From Candidatus Poriferihabitaceae bacterium (GTDB lineage: Bacteria; Pseudomonadota; Gammaproteobacteria; Arenicellales; Poriferihabitantaceae), in NCBI GenBank assembly GCA_965237485.1, contig CBDEFQ010000003.1, positions 6,554 to 70,553 of the forward strand: a stretch of DNA of 64,000 nt, read 5' to 3'. The notes below the pieces were generated by a model that was not told where the DNA came from, searched no databases, and saw only the letters and a program-made list of their open reading frames with translations. Made by a program: the position numbers and the translations under genes. Positions 50,395-59,915 of the stretch are shown piece after piece. The first letter of the stretch is position 1, and every line of letters begins with the position of its first letter.

Positions 50395-50415
50395 TTAAAC
50401 GTAGACACCTGATAA

Positions 50416-50745
50416 ATGACATTTGGCGGGTTAAACTCAATGTGGGTAATTGTATTATTCGATTTGCCTACAGACACCAAAAAAGCTCGCCAACAATACA
50501 CGCGATTTCGCAAAAAACTGCTTGATGACGGCTTTGGGATGATGCAATATTCAATATACATGCGTCACAGTTCAAGCGAAGAAAACGCGCAAGTTCACAT
50601 AAAACGTGTCAAAACCACATTACCTGATGATGGTGAAGTAAGAATTATCAAAATCACCGACAAACAATTTGCCAAGATCCAGGTTTATTATGGAAAAAAA
50701 CGTCTGCCAACAGAAAAAACACCCAACCAACTTGAGCTTTTATAA
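50416..50745 (+). CDS. cas2: CRISPR-associated endoribonuclease Cas2 (type II)
   Basis: 109 aa, ...MWVIVLFDLPTDTKKARQQYTRFRKKLLDDGFGMMQYSIYMRH... Confidence 0.9.
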   Translation: MTFGGLNSMWVIVLFDLPTDTKKARQQYTRFRKKLLDDGFGMMQYSIYMRHSSSEENAQVHIKRVKTTLPDDGEVRIIKITDKQFAKIQVYYGKKRLPTEKTPNQLELL

Positions 50746-50796
50746 GGCGCAAGTTGGTTTGTTTCTATTTGATAATCAAGGCTTTACGTGCGAGAT

Positions 50797-51616
50797 AGTA
50801 TAACCGACCAAGGCCTATCCGCAAATCACAACATAACGTCATTACATTGCAGTAATGCATTCAGTATAACCGACCAAGGCCTATCCGCAAATCACAACAG
50901 CGTTATTACCTTTGCAAGTTTTGGTTCAGTATAACCGACCAAGGCCTATCCGCAAATCACAACAGTACATCTTTTATGTCGCTGTAGAGGCTAGTATAAC
51001 CGACCAAGGCCTATCCGCAAATCACAACATACTCGATCATCGGTGATGTGGCCGAATCAGTATAACCGACCAAGGCCTATCCGCAAATCACAACAAGTAA
51101 TCTGACGTTAGTCGTCGTTCCAGAAGTATAACCGACCAAGGCCTATCCGCAAATCACAACTGAAGTCGTAGTGGTATTCGGCGGGTTTAAAGTATAACCG
51201 ACCAAGGCCTATCCGCAAATCACAACTAGTTCTCTAGTACCTGTTTTGTATTGGCTAGTATAACCGACCAAGGCCTATCCGCAAATCACAACTACAGAAG
51301 GCGGAACAACTGATGAAACAACAGTATAACCGACCAAGGCCTATCCGCAAATCACAACTAAGGTCCGTGTAGCGTTTATTCGCTTCATAGTATAACCGAC
51401 CAAGGCCTATCCGCAAATCACAACTAGATTGAACTAATCTAATCAATAACTTCCAGTATAACCGACCAAGGCCTATCCGCAAATCACAACAGTTATTATT
51501 ACTATAGTCGCTTAGAGGGTAGTATAACCGACCAAGGCCTATCCGCAAATCACAACTATTTAGATTATGTTGAGAGGTTAAAAATGAGTATAACCGACCA
51601 AGGCCTATCCGCAAAT
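50797..51616 (-). CRISPR. CRISPR array: 12 full 36-bp repeats plus one 30-bp truncated repeat, 12 spacers of 29-30 bp
   Basis: Plus-strand repeat AGTATAACCGACCAAGGCCTATCCGCAAATCACAAC. Inferred functional orientation GTTGTGATTTGCGGATAGGCCTTGGTCGGTTATACT. Repeat starts: 50797, 50863, 50928, 50993, 51059, 51125, 51191, 51257, 51323, 51389, 51455, 51521 and 51587 (truncated at 51616). Confidence 0.97.
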
Positions 51617-53032
51617 AGCTTTAAAGGGGTCTGACAGTCTTGTCCAACATGAAATGATACTGAGCGAAGGGACTGATTCTAATCGGAAATGATACCGAAC
51701 TAATCTAATTTCTGTTCATGATGGTGAATGAATACCATTATGAATGACCACCATATAGATACCCTTGATAAGGCGCGCTTGTTTCTACAAGGCACTGATG
51801 AAATCGATCTGGCAATCGACGGTAAACGCAATCGCTATGATTTCATCAAACGCACCTTAATGCGTTTCAAATACAGCAAACTGGGTCGAGCCGATAAGGG
51901 TCTTGTGCTGCGTTATATCACACGCATCAGCGGTTACTGCATATTTTTACCAACCGTGGCCAGTTAATTTTACGTAGCGAGGCCACCTAATTTTACCAAC
52001 CGTGGCCACTGATTTTTATCGAAGCGCGGACACTTTTTCGCTTCCGTAAAATTCCTCCACAGCCTTCTTGCGGTTAACACTATAACCGTTAACCTGCCGT
52101 TCTTTTATTTGTATTGGAACAGCTATGAAACCCAAGAAGGTCACTATGTTAAAACTCAAAGACATTCTGCGCTTGCACTATGAGGCGCAACTATCCTCCC
52201 GTAAAATCGCGCTCAGCTTAAACCTGTCACGCAGCGCCGTATCCAAATATCTCGTCAGAGCAACAAATGCCCAATTAAGCTGGCCCCTGCCAGCAGGCAT
52301 GGATGAACAACAGCTGCAGGCGATATTAAAGCCGCCCAAATGCAGAGGCCCTGCCACTGCTTTATTGTGTGAGCCAGACTTTGCACAAATATCAGTTGAA
52401 CGGTCTCGTAAAGGGATGACTCGCCAATTACTGTGGGAAGAATACGCCGAGCATCATCCAGTCAACCATTACAGCTATTCTCGCTTCACGGTGTTGTTCG
52501 GTCAGTGGCGCAAGAAGCAAAGAATCTCGATGCGCCAGACTCATATTGCTGGAGATAAACTGTTTGTTGATTATGCTGGTTTAACCTTAGGTATTATTGA
52601 TGCTCGTACGGGTGAAGCACGCCCTGCCCAAGTATTCGTTTCAGTGCTCGGAGTCAGTTCCTATACCTACGCCGAGGCCACATGGACACAGAGCTTGCCT
52701 GACTGGATAGGCTCACACGTTCGCGCCTTTGAATTTTATGGCGGTGTTACTCAAACAGTGGTGCCCGATAACCTCAAGAGTGCTGTTTCTAAAGCCGGTC
52801 GTTATGACCCCGAACTCAACCCCAGCTATGCACAATTAGCCGCCTATTACGGTGTGGCGGTGATGCCTGCCAGACCTTATAAGCCTAAGGATAAATCTAA
52901 AGCCGAGGTGGGCGTACAGATTGTCGAACGCTGGATCATGATGCGGCTGCGCAAGCTGCAATTGTTTAGTTTGGATGAGGCTAATCAAGCTATTCGAGGA
53001 TTGCTAGATGATCTAAACAATCGCCCCTTTAA

Positions 53033-53195
53033 CCTAGATAAATCAGTTAAACGCGGAAAAGACATGTAAGCAATTGAAGTGCATAGTGAAATCAAAAAAG
53101 TCGCGGTCACCTTATTGGTGATAAGGTTTTTTTTGATTTTGCCAGGTGCATCAAGAGCTTGCATGGACTTTCGTGTTTTAACTGATTTATCTAGG
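53033..53195 (-). mobile_element. MITE copy 4 (163 bp)
   Basis: 5-bp duplication TTTAA at 53028-53032 and 53196-53200. Confidence 0.9.
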
Positions 53196-53543
53196 TTTAA
53201 ACAACGCCCGGGTTCTCGCCGCTCACAGTTTGAATCAATTGATAAGCCTGCTCTTAAATCATTGCCTGGCACGCCTTATAGCTATCGCCATGTAGTAAAA
53301 GCACGGGCGCACATCGATTATCACGTTAGCTATGATGGACATCATTACTCGGTTCCCTATCAATTGCGCGGCGAGGCAGTAATGTTACACGTCGGCGAGC
53401 ACTGTATTGATGTGTTCTACCAAGGCAAGGGTGTCGCGCAACATCCGCGAGCAATGGGCCAAGGCGGACACACAACCCATGTCGCTCACATGCCTAAAGC
53501 TCATGCTAAACACCAAGAGTGGACGCCTGATCGGTTTCTTAAT

Positions 53544-53706
53544 CCTAGATAAATCAGTTAAACGCGGAAAAGACATGTAAGCAATTGAAGTGCATAGTGA
53601 AATCAAAAAAGTCGCGGTCACCTTATTGGTAATAAGGTTTTTTTTGATTTTGCTAGGTGCATCAAGAGCTTGCATGGACTTTCGTGTTTTAACTGATTTA
53701 TCTAGG
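53544..53706 (-). mobile_element. MITE copy 5 (163 bp)
   Basis: 5-bp duplication TTAAT at 53539-53543 and 53707-53711. Confidence 0.9.
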
Positions 53707-54045
53707 TTAATTGGGCAAGTCAGGTCGGTGCGGCGACAGAGCGCGTGGTGCGTTATCAATTAGAAAATCGCCCCCATCCAGAACATGGTTATCGTGCTTG
53801 TTTGGGCATTCTTAACCTTGCCAAGAAATACGGCAAGACGCGTTTAGAGAATGCCTGTTTACGCGCAGAGAAGATTGGCGGCCTGCATTACAAACACCTT
53901 GCATCAATACTACAAACCCGTCTCGACAAGCTACCTACCGAACCCGATAAGCAACAGACTTTGCCAAGCACCCATGCCAATGTGCGCGGAGCCGATTACT
54001 ACCATTAACCCAAACCATTTCATCTATAACCAACAGGAAAATACT

Positions 54046-54792
54046 ATGACTCCACAACAAACCCTTACCCAACTGAATGAATTACGCCTAACGGGCATGG
54101 CCGAGCAACTGTGCTATCAGTTCGACCCACCTAACACTTATGATGAGCTGGGCTTTATCGAACGACTCAGTTTGCTCGTAAACCACGAGGCCACCGTGCG
54201 GGATAACCGCAAAGTCACGCGTTTACTCAAGCAAGCGAAGTTACGATATCGCGCCCAAGCAGACGACATCGATTACCGAACTAGACGAGGTTTACACAAA
54301 GACACGGTAGCGCAGTTACTGGCCCTAGACGGGGTAAACAAAAGCCGCAATGTCATCATCCAGGGCCCTACAGGCACCGGCAAAACCTTCTTGGCCTGTG
54401 TGTTAGGACAAGCGACTTGTGAGCACGGCATTAGCACAAAATATATTCGTGCTAGCCGCTTATTTGAAGCAATGACCTTGAGCCATGGTGATGGCAGTTA
54501 CACCAAGCTACTGGCACAAATAGCAAAAATCAAACTATTGATTATCGATGACTGGGGCTTGGATACACTGACTCAGCAAAACCGTAATGACCGATTAGAA
54601 ATAATAGAAGATCGCCACGGTAATGGTGCCACCTTAATCACCAGTCAATTGCCCACACAACATTGGCATGATGCGATTGGTGAAGCCACTTTGGCTGATG
54701 CGATTCTGGATCGCTTATTACACAACGCGCACAAAATACAATTAGAGGGGGAATCGATGAGAAAAATCCAGTCACAACAGAGCAAAGTGTAG
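54046..54792 (+). CDS. istB: IS21-family helper ATPase IstB
   Basis: Start at MTPQQTLTQLNELRLTGMAEQL. Walker A GPTGTGKTFLA and Walker B LIIDDWG. Confidence 0.88.
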   Translation: MTPQQTLTQLNELRLTGMAEQLCYQFDPPNTYDELGFIERLSLLVNHEATVRDNRKVTRLLKQAKLRYRAQADDIDYRTRRGLHKDTVAQLLALDGVNKSRNVIIQGPTGTGKTFLACVLGQATCEHGISTKYIRASRLFEAMTLSHGDGSYTKLLAQIAKIKLLIIDDWGLDTLTQQNRNDRLEIIEDRHGNGATLITSQLPTQHWHDAIGEATLADAILDRLLHNAHKIQLEGESMRKIQSQQSKV

Positions 54793-56030
54793 CCACTTTA
54801 CGTTAAAATCACTTGACCGTTTGAAGGCTTGGTGCAAGTGGCCACGCTTCGTAAAATTCGGTGGCCACGGTTGTAAAAATACGCAGTTACTCTTATGTGC
54901 AAGTGAAACGCCTGGCTGCCAGCTATCTCAAGCACGGTAGAATCCAGTGGCGACATCGTGCCACAAGGGGCTTTGCTAGACGCTATAGCAATCAAGACAT
55001 TAAGCTTCTAGCAGAGATGGATGAACTCCACGGTACGTTATCAGGCCATGCCACTAAGAAACTCTGTGAGCGCGCCTTGGTTGTCTATGAGCAAACTGAG
55101 TATGCCAACCTGGCACGTATCTCGGTTTCTCATCTATACAATCTACGCCGATCTAAACCCTACCAGAACAATCGCCGTCACTTTGAAAAGACACATTCCA
55201 AGCCTTCTTCTATCGGCCAAAGACGTAAGCCACAGCCAGAAGGTCAACCTGGCTATAGCCGTGTAGATACAGTGCATCAGGGCGATAAGGACAAGGTTAA
55301 AGGGGTCTATCATATCAACGCCGTTGATGAGATCACCCCGTTTGAAGTCGTGTCTTCTACACAGAAAATATCAGAGCCATTCTTGATGCCTATTCTCACT
55401 CAAATGCTAGAGCAATTCCCCTTTGCGATTAAAGGCTTTCATGCCGATAATGGCAGTGAATACATTAACCAATCGGTGGTGCGATTGTTGAATAAGCTAT
55501 TAATCGAGTTGACCCAATCCAGGGCTAGACACCGTAACGACCATGCCTTAGTTGAGTGCAACAATGGGGCCATCGTGCGCAAGCATCTTGGCTTCATGCA
55601 TATCCCGCAAAAATATGCGCCTGAGATTAATCAATTTGCCACCGACTTTCTTAACCCTTATTTGAATTATCACCGACCTTGTTTCTTCCCACAGATCAGC
55701 ACTAACAACAAAGGAAAACAAGTCAAAACCTATCCATATCGAAACATGATGACGCCTTATGAAAAACTCAAATCGTTGACCAATGCACAGTCATATCTTA
55801 AAACTCACATCTCGTTTACAATGCTTGACGATATCGTTTATCAGATGACTGATAATGAGGCAGCAAAACAACTCAATGAGGAAAAAACTAAACTCTTTAA
55901 AAACATCTTTGAACAGAAATGACAATCAACTTCTCGGTATCATTCCTGTATTGGAATAGACTCTCGAAGCTGAGTTTCATTATATTTCGCAGATCGATAG
56001 TAATCTAAATTAGATTCATATTTCTTTATT

Positions 56031-57233
56031 GAGAGTGCAGCATAACTCATCGAGTATCTACATAATTTGTTAAAATTAGGCATGCAAAAACCATTCGCCA
56101 CCCAACGAGATTTATTAGTATCAAGATCAGATTTGGATCATCCAATTCTGCATGGTCTTGATGATACAGAAGCACTATTAGATTGGAGCGAAATAGAGAC
56201 ACTGCTTTCATCTATTTATGCTGGCACTACTGGCCGCCCTAGTTATCCATTACTTAGTTTGTTCCGCAGCTTGATGCTGGGAATTTGGTATGAACTGTCG
56301 GATAGGGAGTTAGCACAGTGCTTATTTAGAGATTTATTGTTTCGTAAGTTTTGCCGCTTTGAGTTAGGCGGCGATGTACCTGAAGCTTCGACCCTTGGGC
56401 GCTTTCGTAACCAGTTAATGGAGCACGAACTGTGGGATCGCTTGCTAGGTGAGATCAATCGTCAACTTGAAGCGAAGAACATTATTATGAGCAAGGGGCG
56501 CATCAACATTATAGATGCAACACCTATAGAAGCGGCTCGTTCTGGAAATGGTAACGGCAAAGATGGGACGCCTAAGCGAGACCCTGAAGCGAGCTGGCAT
56601 GTCAAAAATGACAGCCGAGGTCGAAAGAAGTCTACCTATGGCTACTCAGTGCATACGGGAGTTGATGAGGATGGGTTTGTTCAGCGCCAGAATGTGACGC
56701 CAGGGCATGTTCATGACAGCCAACTGCGCGATGAATTGCTGTTGGGCGATGAGACTGCCCTATATGCTGATGCGGCGTATAGTTCTGAGGAGACGCGAGA
56801 TAAACTGGAGCAACTTGGAATTGATGATCAGGTTCAACGCAAGGGCTATCGAGGTAATCCGTTGTCAGATGCAGACCGTACCCGTAATGCAGTTATTGCG
56901 GTAACGCGAGCAGGTGGCGAACGGCTCTTTGCGACTTACAAGCAGCATTATGGTTTAGCTCGCACTCGGTTCATGGGGCTAGCGAAGAACCAGACTGTTT
57001 ACGGCCTAGCGGCGATGGCAGCGAATATCCGTAAAGGTGCTAAGTTCTTAAGCTTGTATGGCTTGCCTGATTGGCACTATGCTGGATAGTTGTGCCTTTA
57101 ATATGGCTTAGGTGCTCGAATTGATAAAATAGTGACTAAATGATGATCGAATACGCGAAACTGGGCAAATATAGCTCAAAAAATGAGTGCTTCGAAAATA
57201 TCAAACTAAAATCGTGAGTTACGCTGCGCTCTC
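56031..57233 (+). mobile_element. IS5-a, copy C
   Basis: Same IRs as the other copies. Direct repeat TATT at 56027-56030 and 57234-57237. Confidence 0.9.
56067..57089 (+). CDS. IS5-family transposase
   Basis: 340 aa, near-identical to the other two copies. Confidence 0.9.
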   Translation: MLKLGMQKPFATQRDLLVSRSDLDHPILHGLDDTEALLDWSEIETLLSSIYAGTTGRPSYPLLSLFRSLMLGIWYELSDRELAQCLFRDLLFRKFCRFELGGDVPEASTLGRFRNQLMEHELWDRLLGEINRQLEAKNIIMSKGRINIIDATPIEAARSGNGNGKDGTPKRDPEASWHVKNDSRGRKKSTYGYSVHTGVDEDGFVQRQNVTPGHVHDSQLRDELLLGDETALYADAAYSSEETRDKLEQLGIDDQVQRKGYRGNPLSDADRTRNAVIAVTRAGGERLFATYKQHYGLARTRFMGLAKNQTVYGLAAMAANIRKGAKFLSLYGLPDWHYAG

Positions 57234-58847
57234 TATTAGTAATTCAATACTCAAAATATAACTTCCTTTACGGTAGGGCTGAGTTCGAGTTATGCCTGAA
57301 AGTGGTGTATGGAGTAGTTGACTAAAAGCGGCGTATCGGGATGAGTTGAGTTTACAACAACTTAAACTTCCACAGACATACGCCACTATGAAACAGAATA
57401 AAATTATTTCCTTTGAAAAGCCAGAGCAAAGCATCGATCCGCTGCAAGAATTGATTCGCAATGGCGCTAGGCAACTCATTCAAACCGCGGTCGAGAGTGA
57501 GTTATCTGAACTGCTGTATCGCAATTGTGACAAAGTCTCAGATTCAGGACACGCTGGTGTCGTTCGTAACGGCTATTTGCCAGAACGTGAACTGCAAACC
57601 GGGATCGGCCCAGTCAAAGTACGTATCCCCAAGGTGCGCTCCCGCACTGGAGTACCGATCACCTTTCGGTCTGCTTTAGTGCCGCCGTATGTGCGTAAAA
57701 AGAAGTGGACCCGCTTTTTAGGACAGATGGCTTAGGAGTTATTTTCAGCTGATTAAGCAGCCAATTTCAGGCCGCGACATGGATCATACATCATGTCAGG
57801 CACCATGCCTAAGGTTTGATGTTTGCGTTCTTGGTTGTAATAGTTCATCCAATTGCCAATACCGTCTTTTGCTTCTTTCATCGATTGATAGGCTTGCAGA
57901 TAAACTTCCTCATATTTAACACTGCGCCATAAACGCTCAACGAACACATTGTCACGCCAAGCGCCTTTGCCGTCCATACTGATACGAATGTTATTAGCTT
58001 TGAGTACGCCCGTAACCGCCTCACTGGTAAATTGCGCGCCTTGATCGCTGTTAAAGATTTCAGGCTTGCCATAGTAATGCAGGGCCTCTTCCAGAACATC
58101 TACACTGCGCTATCCATACTGTTGCTAAGATGCCATGACAGCACTTTGCGAGAATACCAGTCCATCACAACAGTAAGGTAAGCAAAGCCCTTAGGCATCG
58201 GGATATACGTAATATCGGTAGCCCAAGCTTGATTGGGTCGATTAACTGCTAAACCACCTAGCAGGTAGGGATAAACCTTGTGCCCAGCCTTCTTCTTGCT
58301 GGTGTTAGGCCTAGGATAGATGGCTTTAATGCCCATCTTACGCATTAAACGCCGCACATGCTTACGGTCAACTCGGTGGCCTACATCTTGCAAGGCATCA
58401 CGAATACGCCTACTGCCAAGAAAGGGGCGATTGAGATGAATGCGATCTATCAGATGCATTAGTTCCAAGTCATCTTCATTAGTAGGCGTGGGTTTGTAAT
58501 AAACACTAGACCGATGAATATCCAACAGCTTGCACTGTCGAACTAACGATAGTTTATTGCTTTTATTAATCATTGCTTTGCGCTCGGGTTTGTTTATCGA
58601 CCGAGCACTTTTGACAAAAAATCATTTTCCATGGTGATCTCACCAATCTTTGCCTGTAACGATTTAATCTCTGATTCACGATCCGGAGCCAAGCCTGTGC
58701 CTGAAGCAAAGACATCAGATGAGCTATCGAGCAATTGTTTCTTCCACTTGACGATAAGGTTAGCAGCGACGTCATAACGACTAGCAAGATTGCTTAAGGT
58801 TTCATCTCCTTTGATAGCGGCAATTTTCAGGGTAGTTGCACATTTTC

Positions 58848-59915
58848 CTACGCAGCCAATAATACTTCTTTTTGTGGGTTCAGCGCAACCGCACCACAAG
58901 GCCGCCAATTTCGGGTTTGGCCAGACCACCGATTAGGTTTTGCTGCTTTAGCTTCCTGATAAACAACTTCTCGTTTTGCTAATAGGGCACTATCTTCACC
59001 GCGATAACGCTGGCCAGGTGTAACGTAGCGTATAGCACTGTGACGATGTTCTTCGTTATACCATTGCATAAACTTACCCACCCATTGGCGGGCGGCCTCT
59101 AAGCTATCGAAGCCTTGAGAAGGCCACGCAGGGCAATACTTTACCGTTCTAAACATGGATTCAATATAAGCGTTGTCATTGCTTACTCTTGGCCTTGAGT
59201 AAGAGGGCTTTATTCCTAATGCTTCTAACTTCGCTCTCATTGTGAACGATTTCATTGGGCTGCCATTATCACTGTGTAAGACGGGCATGCCATCGCAGCT
59301 GGCCACTTTTAGAGCCGCCTGAGACATCAACTGCGCACCTAATTCACCGCTTTCAACAGGATGTACTTCCCAGTGAACGCCATAGCGACTGTAAAGGTCT
59401 TCTACCATGTACAGGTAATAATGCTTGCCAATAGTACGCGTCGCCAAATAGGTGATATCCCACATCCACACAGCATTAGGTTTTAGCGCTATATGAGTAT
59501 CGGGTGTTCGGGACTGCTTTTGTTTGGCGCGGCCGCGGCGCTTCAATTGCCCATGCGCCTTGAGAACTCGATAAAAGCTAGACTCGCTGGCCACATAAAT
59601 ACCTTTGTCAGCCAACTGCGGTACTATTTGCGACGGCGGCAAATGATTGTATGCCGATTCATTACATATCGATAAAATGTGTTGCTGCTCTTGCTCGCTT
59701 AGTTTATTGCCAGGTACTGGCTTTTCTACCAAAGGACGTTGATCACTGCGGATACTATCTTCTCCTTTTGGCTTCCAACGTCTAAGCGTAGACTCGGCAA
59801 GGCCAACCAACTCACAAGCACTTGAACGCTTTGAACCTGCGTCTACTGCTTCATTAACATCATTGATTACTTTAATGCGCGTCTGAGTCGTAATCATACT
59901 TCCTCGTCCTCCCAA
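58848..59915 (-). CDS. IS3-family transposase OrfB (DDE/rve)
   Basis: 355 aa with WMWDITYL, LHSDNGSPM and NDNAYIESMFRTVKY. Confidence 0.85.
   Translation of the reverse strand: MGGRGSMITTQTRIKVINDVNEAVDAGSKRSSACELVGLAESTLRRWKPKGEDSIRSDQRPLVEKPVPGNKLSEQEQQHILSICNESAYNHLPPSQIVPQLADKGIYVASESSFYRVLKAHGQLKRRGRAKQKQSRTPDTHIALKPNAVWMWDITYLATRTIGKHYYLYMVEDLYSRYGVHWEVHPVESGELGAQLMSQAALKVASCDGMPVLHSDNGSPMKSFTMRAKLEALGIKPSYSRPRVSNDNAYIESMFRTVKYCPAWPSQGFDSLEAARQWVGKFMQWYNEEHRHSAIRYVTPGQRYRGEDSALLAKREVVYQEAKAAKPNRWSGQTRNWRPCGAVALNPQKEVLLAA

Larger units (their letters stand above)
52125..54008 (+). pseudogene. istA: IS21-family transposase IstA interrupted twice by MITEs
   Basis: Three in-frame segments: 52125-53032, 53201-53543 and 53712-54008. 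Removing each MITE plus one TSD copy restores ...NNRPFKQRPGSR... and ...DRFLNWASQVG... Confidence 0.85.
51938..54885 (+). mobile_element. IS21-family element (IS21-a), carrying two MITEs
   Basis: IRs TGCATATTTTTACCAACCGTGGCCA / revcomp TGCGTATTTTTACAACCGTGGCCA, with additional GTGGCCAC-type subterminal repeats. 5-bp duplication GTTAC at 51933-51937 and 54886-54890. Confidence 0.85.
51728..55922 (+). pseudogene. ISX DDE (rve) transposase split by IS21-a
   Basis: ...RYITRISGY (ending 51937) continues in frame at 54891 as SYVQVKRLAASYLKHG... once IS21-a and one GTTAC copy are removed. The catalytic region contains DTVHQGD, GFHADNGSEYIN and NALVECNNG-type blocks. Confidence 0.7.
51645..55990 (+). 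mobile_element. rve-type IS (ISX; possibly ISNCY/IS1202-group), interrupted by IS21-a; boundaries approximate
   Basis: Imperfect subterminal inverted repeats: 51645-51695 against the revcomp of 55935-55990, sharing GGAATGATACCGA. The single transposase gene is split by IS21-a. Confidence 0.5.

Noticed and set aside
51431-51443. 13-nt identity (GAACTAATCTAAT) between spacer 10 and the left subterminal region of ISX (51697-51709), suggesting self-targeting of an IS
   Set aside because: Only 13 of 30 nt match and the segment is AT-rich. I estimate about 0.4 such chance 13-mer hits for 12 spacers against both strands of this window, so it is not significant.
51255-51614. 119-aa minus-strand ORF with the recurring peptide CDLRIGLGRLY
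   Set aside because: It is simply the translation of the CRISPR repeats. The periodicity equals the 66-bp repeat-spacer unit, so it is not a protein gene.
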